NCBI GenBank assembly: GCA_964016885.1
Contig: OZ024743.1
Coordinates: forward strand, 97,960,001 to 98,024,000
Origin: Eledone cirrhosa
Taxonomy: Eukaryota
DNA length: 64,000 nucleotides
Reading direction: 5' to 3'
Made by a program: the position numbers and the translations under genes. Below are positions 28,760-42,300 of the stretch, piece by piece; position 1 is the stretch's first letter; the number at the start of each line of letters is the position of its first letter. Below the pieces are notes generated by a model, which made no database searches, was not told the origin of the DNA, and saw only the letters and a program-made list of their open reading frames with translations.

Positions 28760-28981
28760 TTGGTTGGATTGGCAGAATCGGTAGAGCATCTGACAACATT
28801 CTTTGCGACATGGAATTACGACCCTTTGCCTTCTGAGTTCAAATCCCGACGTGGTTAGCTTTGCCTTTCATCCTTATGAGGTCGATAAAATAAAGTACCA
28901 GTAACGAATTGGGGTAGATGTAAACAACTTTCCTCTTCCCTTCAAATCACTGGCCATGTACCAAAAGTAGAAACAATTATT
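28760..28981 (+). mobile_element. SINE (longer variant)
   Basis: tRNA-like head, GCCTTTCATCCTTATGAGGTCGATAAAATAAAGTACCAG, ends gtagaaacaattatt; a partial copy lies on - at ~28145-28255. Confidence 0.8.
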
Positions 28982-31235
28982 GTCATAACCCTTGATTCCT
29001 TATTGAAAGCTCTGCGTTTCTATCCTGTCAGTGGTATTTCATGATTATTCTCTGTAACATCTACCAATTCAAATTAGGTCTTGTAGGGTGAAAACAGTAT
29101 CTTTGTTAGAATTTGTAGAAAACATTGGCGATTCGAAGATATAAACATCAACAATATGTATACATGTATTAGGATGTCTCTGAGTTTGTGTTTGTCTGTG
29201 TATGTGCTTGCATGTATGTGGCGTGTCGGGTGTCGGTGTTTTAATTACAAGATATTATAATTAAAATTGTATACGTACATACTTTTTAACAGTTATTTTT
29301 AAAGAGATAAATATTGATAATTCCATGTCGTTCATCATAACAAAATGTGAGTCCAATTCAAAAAAGTGTGTGCATTGACAACATGATTGAGAAAATAAAT
29401 TCGTTCAAAATGCTGAAGACATTTATGGGAATACTTTCATTAGATTCTGGAATCAATACTCTCAGCAGGAAGCTATTTGTTATATACGCGACTTTGTCAA
29501 AATACTATTACCACTCTCTAAATTTTAAGGGAATCAAATAGGGAAACAGAACGATGTTTGGAAAAATCACGTTATAAAAAAATCTTCCTCAATATTATAA
29601 CTACTTCATACTGACCTAACTTTATAACACCATCATCTAGAATTAATCATATGGAATCATATCGGAATGTTACAAACATCTGTTCAAGACGATTGCAATA
29701 TATCTACATGTTGCAATTTCGATTTGTTTTGTTTTGCTTTGTTTGGTTGTTTTTGTCTTAATATATTTTTTGTTAAAATAATAAAGAAGCTGAATCTAAC
29801 GAAATGAAATTGATGTCAGTGAACTCTAAATACTTAGGAATCTAAAACAAGACAAAATAAAAGGTTAAATTTAAAAAAATAGCATTCCGTGTAAACAATA
29901 AGTTTATCACATGAGATATGTCTAGGAAGTGACAAAATCTATTATCAACCCTGTAGCTACTTTCAACTGCTCTCTGCTGCACTTTTAAGTTCAAGCTGCA
30001 AACTGTCTTGGAAATCTGACAAGGCGCCAGGCATTATGACAGAGTGTAATGGATTTTCTCTTTTGCATTGTCCCCAGTATGACCTTATAGAGAAAGAACT
30101 CGATTTAGCTACAATTCCAGCAGTTGAAAGTATAGATGTAAAATACATTAGAGTGTTTCTAGTTGTTATGTCCATCTAATTATTTAAGAGTGATTAGCAG
30201 AAAAGTGTGATCCAATAGAGAAGTGGGATGTGTGTGTAATTTGGTATTTAAGATACTTTTTAGTAACTAAACAATAACCCCTGCCACTCAAGCTGACAAG
30301 AAAGTAGAAAAAGCTTGGTGACATATTAATGTTTTGTCGAGGTTGAAAGTTTATTGACGAAAGATTTCTAATGAACTAAGAGTTAAATGGAAGATTTGAA
30401 ATAGCTGAGTCGAATGTGGGTAGGAAACTACAAAATTATAAATGACATTTGAGAATTCACGATAAAAGTAAAAGAAAAAGGAAATATTTCTGACTTACAA
30501 TGTTTTGAGAAAATAACTACCTACAGTCATATCTTTTAAAAAGTATCCTAAGTGGTTTTCGTTGAGTATATCAAAATGATATTTGATTGGTAGCTGTATG
30601 AGCAGCTACTTTAGCTTGATAGATGCCGGAAACATATTCATGGTGAACCACTGAATTATCACTTCTTTTGAATAGTTATAATGAAATGATATTACAACAG
30701 TTTATATACTAATATACTAATGACAATTGATAAATAATAAAACTTTAAAAAACAAAAGCATGAATAATGATAATCATAGCTTCTGTATCACCATTGTCAG
30801 TGATGGGATATTTTGCAGGGTTCCAAACGCAGGATATCATCTATAATATTTTTAGATTCAGAAAAGTGGATGCCATTGTATAAAGTGTTTACAAGTGTTA
30901 TATCATCAACAAGCCTCTAAAAGCTTCCTGGATGTGGTTACTTATAGTGTTTTATAAATATTGTGTTAAAGTGACAAACATCCACCCACTTTTACGTTGA
31001 CTTTGCAGAAAGGAGAGGCTGAAGCTGTGTGTGTCAGCAGTAGTGAATGAGTGAAAAGCGTGTGTGTCTGCTTGTGTATGTGTATGTGTATGTGTGTGTG
31101 CGTGTCTGTGTATGTGTGTGTGCTGAATGTATGTGTGTGTTAAATCACATTTTTCTTCCTTGCAAGATTTCCCACACATACTTTAACTAGATTGCAACTA
31201 TGTTCCGTATCCCGTATATATATAAAATGTGTATG

Positions 31236-31288
<53 letters not shown>

Positions 31289-31291
<3 letters not shown>

Positions 31292-31485
31292 GAAGGAAGT
31301 GTGGTAAGGAACCAGGTGGACCATAACGCATCAGAGTACTCAATACTTTGGGTAGTAGAGTGGGTAATAGGAAAATAGTCGGGACCCCGACGACAGAGCT
31401 CAAGCCGTTTCGACGGCTATTTCTGCATCAGAAATGGCTGTCGAAACGGCTTAATCTCTGCCGTCGGGGGGTCCTGACTCTTTTC

Positions 31486-31486
<1 letters not shown>
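31289..31486. mobile_element. ~190-bp hairpin-terminated element in (TA)n (family H, copy 1)
   Basis: aacgaaggaagtgtggtaaggaacc... followed by ~60-bp inverted arms; (TA)n on both sides; 7 copies in the window. Confidence 0.85.
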
Positions 31487-31572
<86 letters not shown>

Positions 31573-31576
<4 letters not shown>

Positions 31577-31617
31577 TATGTATACGTACATACATATATG
31601 TATACAGACGTACAGTA

Positions 31618-31710
<93 letters not shown>

Positions 31711-32024
31711 TACATACATGCACACACATATATATGTACGTATGGATTCACCGAACATTTATTATAATGCTAGGTGTGTTTGTAATATGCATAAGGAAAG
31801 TATATACTTTCAGACGTTCAACCATCTGGCAGGAAGGTATACGTTGCTGACGATAGCTAATAAGCTTGAAACTAGTACACCGTTCCTTTGTCAGTGTTGA
31901 ACAAATGAGCAACGATGGTTGCTAGACACTGCACGGCTTAATTCGGGATGTTTGTTTACAAACACACCGAGCATTATAATAAATATTCGGTGAATCCATA
32001 CGTACATATATATATGTGTGCATG

Positions 32025-32082
<58 letters not shown>

Positions 32083-32133
32083 TACTACTGTATGTCTGTA
32101 TACATATATGTATGTACGTATACATACTTATAT
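31573..32133. repeat. Long inverted repeat with an HHR in the spacer
   Basis: 31573-31785 is the reverse complement of 31955-32133 (the TA tracts differ in length). Confidence 0.85.
31841..31883 (+). ncRNA. Minimal type I hammerhead ribozyme
   Basis: ACGTTG-CTGACGA-T AGCT aata AGCT T-GAAAC TA GTA-CACCGT; stem I 5/6 bp; GUA site. Confidence 0.7.
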
Positions 32134-32186
32134 TTAAGTAACGGCCGCACTAAGAGTGAGAAATGAAATTTCGTTTCATTTTTTCC

Positions 32187-32247
<61 letters not shown>

Positions 32248-32863
32248 TAGTATAAAAAAAAACGATGTGCTTATTGCGGAGATGCTGTGCAACTTATTTT
32301 TCTGTCTGTTCGGGATCTTCACTCTAATTTATAAACTATTTTATAGAATCTTCGTGCATGAGCATATCATTCTTTTATTTTATCTTCCCAGCGTTTTGTA
32401 AGATACTTATATACTTATATACGACATTTGTTTATATATGTATATTATAACATAGCCTGATTCAAATTCGAGGTATATATATTACACATATGTATGTTCT
32501 GCGTATAAAACATATACTGTAGATGATTATTTACCTATTTTGCGAGCTTGACTGCGATAATTAATTAGCAATACTGCTATAGCGAGATACATAACAGAGC
32601 TACATATAAATGCATGTACGATATGTTTATGTATAATAAGCATATACAGGTCTCGGTGTTGGTGTTAATATGTGATCATATCCTAACTATCTCAGTAGCG
32701 GTGCCAGAGGTCAGACATATGTGTAGCTTAATGTTTTTAGCATCGTAAGCGACGTTTACTTCACTCTCCTGCATTTCTCTTTCTCTCTTTCTCTCTCTAT
32801 ATATATATTTTTATGTGTGTATGTGTGCGTGTATTTGTGTGTGTGTGTGTGTGTGTGTGTGTA

Positions 32864-32915
<52 letters not shown>

Positions 32916-33057
32916 AGTGAGCATGTGTGTGTGTGTGTGTGCTAGTGAGCATGTGTGTGTGTGGATTTAATCGTATCCAATGAATAAATTAACAGTCATC
33001 TGCTTAAAAATCTGAAAACTACATCGTATTTTCAGAACATGCAGCAGTATTACATAT

Positions 33058-33246
33058 AATTGTTTCTACTTTTTGGCACAAGGCCAGCAATCAACCAGTG
33101 CATTACTGGTACTTTTATTTTATCGACCCCGTAAGGATGAAAGGCAAAGTCAACTTCGGCGGGATTTGAACTCAGAATGGCAAGGGCCGTAACTCTATGC
33201 GTCAAAGCATGGCGTCCAACCCTCTACCGATACTGCCAATCCACCA
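33058..33246 (-). mobile_element. SINE
   Basis: full match to SINE consensus. Confidence 0.85.
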
Positions 33247-33504
33247 ATGCCAACACCATAGACACTCGTTATAATAAGGTTCAGAACAGAAACCTCCTAA
33301 ACAAAAAATATAAACATTCCCTCTTTGTCTTTTACTTTTTTTACTTTTTTAAACATTTCGATCATCAGATTGCAATCCATACTGGGCTATCAGCACATCA
33401 AGATTTACTGGATCAGTCCTGCTATTATTTTCAAATCTGGTAGTTGTTTTATGGATCTCTTTTAGCAGAATTGTTAAGTGACATACACAGATATTCGTCT
33501 CCCC

Positions 33505-33551
<47 letters not shown>

Positions 33552-33620
33552 TGTGTGTGTGTATTTGTATGTGTGCGAGTATGCGTGCGTTTATATATAT
33601 ATATATGTGTATGTGTGTGT

Positions 33621-33661
<41 letters not shown>

Positions 33662-33742
33662 TCCCGGATGTGTGAGTCCCGGATTCAATCGGGGCTAATC
33701 ACAGTTAGTAAGGTACTCAATACCTTAGTAGAGTGTAAACAT

Positions 33743-33850
33743 CATGTTTAATGTAGAAATGGCTTCTACGGGGCTAGAGCTGTTTCATTCAAAAGAAATC
33801 ATCAGAGATGAAACAGTTCTAGTCCTGTAGAAGCCATTTCTATATTAAAC

Positions 33851-33853
<3 letters not shown>
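33743..33853. repeat. Short fold-back with HHR-like core (minus strand CTGATGA...GAAAC)
   Basis: ~45-bp arms; minus strand CTGATGA T TTC tttt GAA T GAAAC AGCTC; stem III non-canonical. Confidence 0.55.
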
Positions 33854-33890
<37 letters not shown>

Positions 33891-34030
33891 TATTGTTATA
33901 CTTGGGGAGGGTCATATTGTTGTAATAATATTGCCAGAATTAATAACAGAGCAATATTATTACAACAATATGACCCTCCCCAAGTATGACAATATTTGTT
34001 TCGACACACTATTTCATATCAAAAACCTCG
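33891..34030. repeat. Fold-back (~48-bp arms) next to a degenerate U3-A8 HHR on the minus strand
   Basis: attgttatacttggggagggtc...gaccctccccaagtatgacaat; minus strand TTGATAT GA...TC GAAACAAATATTGTC. Confidence 0.55.
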
Positions 34031-34042
34031 CAAAACACATAC

Positions 34043-34103
<61 letters not shown>

Positions 34104-34596
34104 ATATTAAGGATACTATTTATGGTTATGTATATACTCAAACTTTTTATAGTTATATATATTTTAAACCCTAAACAGTGAAGGTCAGTAATTAATTACT
34201 ACCTTATTACCAGTAAGATAAATAGCTCAATGTAATAACATCAGTTGTTCTACAGAGCAGTTATATAGAATTCACAAGAATCAAAGCTATGTTCAAAGCA
34301 TTTATTAACTTACAATTGTTTCATCCAAACCTAGGCTTGGAGTCTTCGGACCATTTTTCAATGTTTGTACACATGATTGACCTCCTTTCCAACGCAAGAG
34401 ACATACAGATACATATGTATATATTGATGTACAGTGGAGTGACATATATTATATTATATTACTTCCGTGTAGCAATTCAAATTCAAAGTCAAGATCAATA
34501 TCAAAATTACAACAAAATTAAAATTAAAATTAAAATTAAAATTAAAATTAAAATTAAAACAAAATTAAAATACATTCGGCAGTTAACATAGATAAT

Positions 34597-34777
34597 TTTT
34601 TCTACTTTTGGCACAAGGCCAGCAATTACCCAGTGTATTACTGGTACTTTATTTTATCGACCCCGTAAGGCTGAAAGGCAAAGTTAACCTCGGCGGGATT
34701 TGAATTCAGAGTGGCAAGGGCCGTAACTCTATGTATCAAAGCATGGCGTCCGAGCCTCTACCGATACTGCCAATCCA
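34597..34777 (-). mobile_element. SINE inserted into one pLTR copy, with ATAAT target-site duplication
   Basis: ATAAT at 34592-34596 and 34778-34782; empty site visible in the other arm (~38645-38660). Confidence 0.85.
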
Positions 34778-36115
34778 ATAATGCAAGAGGATAGTTTGTT
34801 AGTCAGTTGCAGTAGTTATTGTATGCGTTAGTTATGTGTGTCTCATTTATATATGATTATTGTGTGGCAGGGTGTTACATGTAATACAAGCACTTTATGT
34901 GGGTAAGCAAGAGTATTATGGAGGTTGCAGTGGTAAGGTATTTTTTGTATATGATAAAAAAGTATGTGCGCAGAAAAATAGAAATAGAAAGGAGAAGCAA
35001 AAGAGTTATGGTTTTCGTATCCACCACCATTTTCACATTCAGGAAATGTAATATATAGTTTATACATCCATCACATAATTAACGATGATTCCGTATTGGA
35101 TGTTTAATGCATTAAATTAAATTATTTTAGCTTATTGCGGCTCAGTGTTCTTTTATCTAATTTTATAGGGTAGGTTGTTTCTGTTGCGAGAATTTACATC
35201 GGTTTATTATCCGGAAGTATGTGTGTAATTAAGGGGGGTTAATGCGTAAGGGGAGGTAACTAGCTGATTTTCATAACTAAATTATTGTTCTAACATACAT
35301 TATAAGGTGTCTCAATTGGGTCCCTTCTATAGACGGTTTTATATTTATATCCAGTTTCCAATTTTGAACACAGTCTACTCTATCATGATGTACTAAAGGT
35401 ATTTATATTAGGATGATTACTCCCTATCATAGAGTGCTACAACTGGATATTCCATACAAAGAGCCACATCTTTATATCAAAGTTCCCTGCAAATGTAGTC
35501 TACTCACAGAACATGTCAGGGGACCTATTAGTACTATGTCTACATAACACCTGGTAAGTTCTGGAGCAGCGTATGGCTGTCTGCATGGCAAATCCAAATA
35601 CATCTCTAGGGCAGACAAAAACATCCCTCATTTACAATGTCATTAATGTATCCATCAAGTTGTATTTGCATATATAACTCACTTCCCATTCATACACAAT
35701 TCATTGCACTCAACATATAGGTTATACAGATCTCTTATGTTAATAAATTAATCTTATATATATCCAATGTTATCACTCCATACATACAAATACATTTGCA
35801 TAAATAATCCATTGTCGAATCTGGTGTTTAAAGCTTACATAGACTGTATTGTATAATTATAAGTGATACCCCATGAACACCCACCCCTAGTATAACCACC
35901 CTCAACTACTATATAATTATAAGCAGTTGAAAGTAATTACCCAAAAGTAGGTGCCCATGGGGATATTTCTAGGGTGTAAAGTTATAGACAGATGGAATGA
36001 TTTGTGTTGAGATAGGGTGGATCAGAGCGTGTGGAGTTGTGGTGTAAGGTGTGCCCTTGAGGTGTAGTGTTAGAAGTGGTGATGGGTTCAAGTCTGACAT
36101 TTTTATATATTGGGT

Positions 36116-38390
36116 TTAAAGTTTTGGAAGGAGTGTCGGAAGCGGTGCTGGCACGACGCAAACACTTCCGATTTTTTTATTAAGGAGGTTATGGTTTGAG
36201 AAGATTATAGTATGGGTCTCTAGTAGACAGAGGTTGCAGAATTTATTAGGTGGTTTGTACGATGCCGCCTTACCTATCACTTCCCATTTAAGTGAATAAG
36301 ATCTATTTTTAGTTTTTAGATAGTGTATGTAGCTAGATAGTGAAGTGGAGTTTGCTAGACCGTATTTTTTGAAAGAATTTAGGTGTGAATTGTATCTGGT
36401 TTTGAAGCAGTTCGAAGTAGAGCCTATATAGGTTACAGAGGAGTTGCTAGTTATGACGGTGCATGAGTATATGATGTCCTTGATTAAGCAGTTTTTATCT
36501 AAAGGGCAGGTTCTATTAGATCTACAGTTACAATTATTTTGGATGTTAACCTGCCGGTTATTATGTTGTGTAGAAGTATGGTTGCTAGTTATTGCATTAT
36601 GGCTATGGGGGTTGTCGCTCCCAGCGTTATTGCTTACACTAGAGCTATTACTATTATTACTATTGATATCAGGGTTTGTAGATATAACGTTGTTTAGAAG
36701 GTTTACCTCCTGCCGTGTTTTAGTTTGTTGGAAGTAAGTATTAATTTTTCTTTTATTGCTACTAGCTATGTGGTATGCTATGTTAGGCGTGTTAGAGTAG
36801 GAGATTTTAATTGTGTTTTTGATTATAAGACTATGGTACTTGTGGCCAGATGGGAAGTGTTTATCCAAGAGTGAGAAGAAAGCCTTAGGTAGGTTGGTAG
36901 AGACATTTAGATTGAAAGGTGGGTTGCAAATTGTATTATTTCTTCTTCTATTTTTGTTTTTTATGCCTGGTGCGATGCTTCCGTTTATGGTATTTTGGTG
37001 ACTTCTGTGGTGTAGGTTACGTTTGTTGCCACCCTTCGTACTAGTGTGTGTGTGGTTATTACTGCTATTACTATTTTTCCTCGTGGACATATTGTGCAAA
37101 ATAATGTTGTAACTATGTGTTTTTGTAGGTAGGAACTCGATCTCATTATTATGGCCTGATGTACCTAATGCCTGATTATAATATTGTAGTTTTTTGCTAA
37201 ATATGTTTTCGTCATAAGATAGATTAGAGATTCTATTGGATATTTCCTTAGAGATAGAGTTTAATATTGATTTAGGGTGGTTAGACTTGGTATCTACGTA
37301 AATCAGTTTTTCGTTAGGTTTATGGAATGGTGTATATATCCTAGAGTCTAGGTATAGGGTGGCATCTAGAAAGTTAACGTTTTTAGTGTTTTTGTCTATG
37401 GTGATACTTAGGTTATAGTTTTTTAAAGTCTTGTGCAATAGTAATTCTAATTCAATTCTAATTCTTTCTATATTAATTTTTTTATAATCTATAAGGAGAA
37501 GTGCATCATCGCGGTACAAACCACCGTTGAGGTATGGAAGGTCCTTATGGATTTCGTTTAGTAAATATAGGCCCACCAAATCAGTGTCCTGCGCCGAGTC
37601 ACTAGATCCCATGGTTATGTCGAAGTTGTTTTGCGTATCCTTGCGGGTCCATAACTGATCTTCAAACGTAATTACGGTTTTACGGACCGCAAGTATGACA
37701 TCAATCTGGGGTCTAGTCGGGTCACTATTGTTCATGGCCATAATTAGTGCCTTATTTAATAGGATAGGGGAAATAGAAGTGTAGTATGAATTGATATCAA
37801 ATTGAATAAATTTTTTATCTTTGTTTACCTTGATATCCTTGAACCATTCAATAACTTCACCTGTATTTCCCCATTGTTTAAGGTGTATTTTGTGTTTAAT
37901 CTGTGGGATGATTTTATCTAAAATGTTCTTACTGATAATGCCAATGTCAGACTTGGAAGGGCAGATTAGTCTAATCGAGGGGTTGCTAATGAAATCCTCC
38001 TTATGGTCTTTCAGAGAGAATCTAGGGGGATTTGGGGTGTATGGTTGTGTATGTCTCTGAAGTCCTAGATTGGACACTATACTATGGCCTTCTATATTAA
38101 TTTCTTCCAAGTTTTTCATAGTAGTTTTCTTGTAGCTCTTATGTAGCATTATATATAAACTTTCTATGTGTATCATAATCTAGGCTGTATATGTTATTAG
38201 TTTTGTCCGCATGTACAATAATTTTACTACTTGTTTTGAATTCATTAATAGAGGAGTTAAGTTTGTTTAAGAAGGTGTTGTTTTATTGCGATGCTTTTTG
38301 TATTTAATGTTCTTAACTAGTTTTATTAGGTCATTTTCAAAGGAGTTTAGTACTGTGTTGTGAGGGGAGCTTCTAAATGTTTTAAAGCCG
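36116..38390 (-). pseudogene. Penelope-like RT + GIY-YIG endonuclease (686-aa open stretch, frameshifted N-terminus)
   Basis: HADKTNNIY (upstream frame), LKDHK...RLICPSKS, FDINSYYTSI, TMGS, YRDD, CNCR...CPL...C, IIY...YIGST...FKTRYNSH. Confidence 0.9.
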
Positions 38391-38934
38391 AATGTGAAAA
38401 TGGTGGTGGATACGAAAACCATAACTCTCTTTTGCTTCTCCTTTCTATTTCTATTTTTCTGCGCACATACTTTTTTATCATATACAAAAAATACCTTACC
38501 ACTGCAACCTCCATAATACTCTTGCTTACCCACATAAAGTGCTTGTATTACATGTAACACCCTGCCACACAATAATCATATATAAATGAGACACACATAA
38601 CTAACGCATACAATAACTACTGCATCTGACTAACAAACTATCCTCTTGCATTATCTATGTTAACTGCCGAATGTATTTTAATTTTGTTTTAATTTTAATT
38701 TTAATTTTAATTTTAATTTTAATTTTAATTTTAATTTTAATTTTAATTTTAATTTTAATTTTAATTTTAATTTTGTTGTAATTTTGATATTGATCTTGAC
38801 TTTGAATTTGAATTGCTATACGGATGTAATATAATATAATATATGTCACTCCACTGTACATCAATATATACATATGTATCTGTATGTCTCTTGCGTTGGA
38901 AAGGAGGTCAATCATGTGTACAAACATTGAAAAA

Positions 38935-38990
38935 TGGTCCGAAGACTCCAAGCCTAGGTTTGGATGAAACAATTGTAAGTTAATAAATGC
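38935..38990 (+). ncRNA. HHR-like motif in the pLTR of Penelope element 1 (element-sense copy at ~34307-34353, -)
   Basis: CCGAAGA-C TCCAAGCC ta GGTTTGGA T-GAAAC AATT GTA; U4->C change and poor stem I. Confidence 0.5.
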
Positions 38991-39016
38991 TTTGAACATA
39001 GCTTTGATTCTTGTGA

Positions 39017-39099
<83 letters not shown>

Positions 39100-39113
39100 T
39101 TATATATATATAT

Positions 39114-39305
39114 AACGAAGGAAATGTGGTAAGGAACCAGGTGGACCATAACGCACCAAAGTACTCAATACTTAGGGTAGTAGAGTGGGTAATAGGAACG
39201 AGTAGGACCCCGACGGCTGAGCTCAAGCCGTTTCGACGGCTAATTCTGGCGTCCAGAATTAGCCGTCGAAACGGCTTGAGCTCAGCCGTCGGGGTCCTAC
39301 TCGTT

Positions 39306-39309
<4 letters not shown>
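39114..39309. mobile_element. Family H hairpin element, copy 2
   Basis: perfect ~58-bp arms, 3-nt loop, (TA)n flanks. Confidence 0.85.
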
Positions 39310-39372
<63 letters not shown>

Positions 39373-39436
39373 CGGGTAAAATTCCCGATATATATATTAG
39401 AAAAGGGAAGTAAAGTTCTAACAGTGGATATAGAGG

Positions 39437-40269
39437 GAAGGTGAAGTTGGAAATAGCACGGAAAATATATTTAAGGGTCTGTTTTTCTTTTTGACTTGTC
39501 AAACTGACATTATTGAAAAGATAACATTATTGAAAAAATAAGAGGGACAATTCTTTTTTTTTTAAATGTTTAAAATGTATATAAAGTATATGAAGTATTA
39601 CCGGTTTCGATGTGTTATTAAAATCCATCTTATCAAATGTTGAGTGTAAAAAATTAAAAAGAGTTAATAGGAGATAAAAACGAAGGGTTTAAAATGAAAA
39701 TCAAATGTTTCGAATATATTTTCTTCTATCCTTCTTGCTGGAAAATTGAGTGAAGAAGGATAGAAGAAAATTTATTCCAAACATTTGATTTTAATTTTAA
39801 TTTTAAACCCTTCGTTTTTATCTCCTATTAACTCTTTTTAATTTTTTACACTCAACATTTGATAAGATGGATTTTAATAACACATCGAAACCGGTAATAC
39901 TTCATATACTTTATATACTTTATATACTTTATATACTTCATATACTTTATATACATTATAAACTTTTTTTTTTAAAAGAATTGTCCGTCTCATTTCTTTT
40001 AATAATTGTTTCTACATTTGGCACAGGCCAGCAATAACCCAGTGTATTACTGGTACTTTATTTCATCGACGCCATAAGGATGAAAGGCAATGTTAACCTC
40101 GGCGAGATTTGAACTCAGAATGGCAAGGGCTGTAACTCTATGCGTCAAAGCATGGCGTCCGACTCTCTACCGATTCTAAATGTTAGCTATCCAATAATGT
40201 CACTTTCACGAATCAAAAGAGAAAAACAGACCCTTACATATATTTTCCGTGCTATTTCCAACTTCACCT

Positions 40270-40271
<2 letters not shown>
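39437..40271. repeat. Long fold-back with a U3-A8 HHR in each arm and a SINE (40004-40177) in the right arm
   Basis: arms of ~310 bp around 39745-39760; CAT-TTGATAA-GATG...CATC-GAAAC CG GTA at 39857-39898 (+) and its complement at ~39597-39638 (-); stem I weak. Confidence 0.8.
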
Positions 40272-40364
<93 letters not shown>

Positions 40365-40400
40365 GTATATATATATAGAGAGAGAGATATGTATATGTAT

Positions 40401-40471
<71 letters not shown>

Positions 40472-40536
40472 CACACACACACAAACACACACACATATAT
40501 ATATATTAAATGTCTATGCTGTTACCATTATATGTA

Positions 40537-40571
<35 letters not shown>

Positions 40572-41214
40572 TCCACCGAAGGATATAGTAGAAGACTGGT
40601 GTCTATGCAGTAGAAGTAGATCTGAAATCACGAGGTTACGGAACGCTTAACATTTAAAGATGGCACTAATTAATAAATATAATATAACAGAACGCATATT
40701 AACAATTGTTTTGCTATCAAAATAATTCTACTGCTGGTATTTTTCGTTGAAATATACCATTTAATGATATGTAGTATTAAGAGACATGTTTAAAAACGAT
40801 ATCTATAACATCCGAATGATTAACAGAAAATGTCCATTGAGCAGCTAAATAAAGTAAGAATCTAAAGGACAGAAATTGTCAACTACAGGATCTAGTCATT
40901 GAATATGCTGTCGAACAAAGAGAAAATAATTTATCAGTAGATTCTTTGTTAGGTGAATTTCCACCGCAAACTTGAAGATGTGTATAAATGAAAGGGGAGA
41001 CCGTTAAACTGATTATCTGAGAACATGAAATGAGATTGTTGTTAGTGCATTTCTATAGAAACAAGCGTTGGTGGAAGCAGTAAGAAACTGCACTGTCTCA
41101 ATACACACGTACACACACATGCACTCATATATATATATATATATATGTGGGTGTGTGTGTATGTGTGGGGGGGGGGGGCGTGTGTGCGTACATATATATG
41201 TATGTGTGTGGGAA

Positions 41215-42300
41215 TCCTTATTGATTCTTTTTCCAATGCGTGCAGCGCTTTGGGACTGACAATCAGTCTGAAGAAGTCTGCCGCCATGTACCAACCTGCT
41301 GCGGATAAAGTTTTCAATGAACCCTCCATATTCGTATATGCTGACACATTTGTGTATTTGGGGAGTACTCTGAGTGTGACCTGCTCTCTATATGCAGAAG
41401 TTATTCTACGTGTTAGTAAAGCAAGTGATTCATTTGGAAGGCTCAGCGACCGTCTTTGGCGCAGGCGAGGAATCACAATGAAGACCAAGGTGAGAGTGTA
41501 TGCTGCATGTGTACTGTCAGCTTTTCTGTATGTGTGTGAGACATGGCTTGCCTACAAACGGCATATCAAAAGACTGGAACGATTTCACCAGCAGTGTCTC
41601 AGAAATATGCTCAGTATCAAGTGGCATGTGCATGAAAGTGATGTTGAGGTACTTGAGAGAAGTGAGTGTCGGAGCATTAAAAGTATCATCCACCACCGAC
41701 GTGTGTGATGGACCGGACACCTCTGCAGAATGGAGGACGATCGAATCCCGAAACAAATCTTGTATTGTGAGCTTTGTAAAGGTAAGAGATCACCTCACAA
41801 TCCAAGGCTCTGATTCAAAGAGTGTGTAAAGGAGTCATTGAAAAAAACTGGTATCATGGTGGCTGACTGGGAGATAGAAGCTCTTGAAAGAGAAACTTGG
41901 TGTGGAATGGTGAATGATGGGATCCATGATTTTTAGGACAGACGCATAGAGCACGGGAAGATCAAAATGGATGTGCGTAGGCAATGCCTTCTCTAAACGA
42001 TCGTTGTCTCAATTGAATTGGAGCGCCCTGAGTGTGGAAAGATTTGCTTGAGCAAATCTGGACTCCGGATCCACAGTCGCAGCCGTGTTCAAAGAAAGAC
42101 ATTGAACTATGATTTCCATGGGATTGTGCAGGTTCACAGGCAACCTGATGCAAGACCTGAGGCCAGGGAGATCCATAGTTGTCGTCAATATGCGAAGGAG
42201 TGCAAGTCTCAAGTAGATTTGAAAAGTCATATCCGAGCGTCACACATCTGAATCTGACAATCCATCGCAATACTCTTGGCAGAGTTTGCAGTCATCATCT
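41215..42300 (+). pseudogene. RTE/BovB-like LINE 3' fragment
   Basis: GLTISLKKS, FVYLGSTLS, LERFHQQCLR, WTGHLCRMEDDRIPKQILY, terminal zinc-finger-like PECGKICLSKSGLRIHSR. Confidence 0.8.

Larger units (their letters stand above)
34100..39022 (-). mobile_element. Penelope-like retroelement 1 with ~590-bp inverted terminal (pLTR) copies, inserted in (TA)n
   Basis: 34263-35040 (minus an inserted SINE) is the reverse complement of 38391-39022; RT + GIY-YIG ORF between them; TA tracts at both ends. Confidence 0.9.

Noticed and set aside
33743-33853. A-to-I editing footprint in palindrome arms (three G-T mismatches)
   Set aside because: Too few sites and indistinguishable from C-to-T decay; the 53151 palindrome shows mixed G-T and A-C mismatches
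34263-39022. DNA transposon with long TIRs
   Set aside because: The enclosed ORF is RT + GIY-YIG, not a transposase; inverted pLTRs are a known Penelope structure
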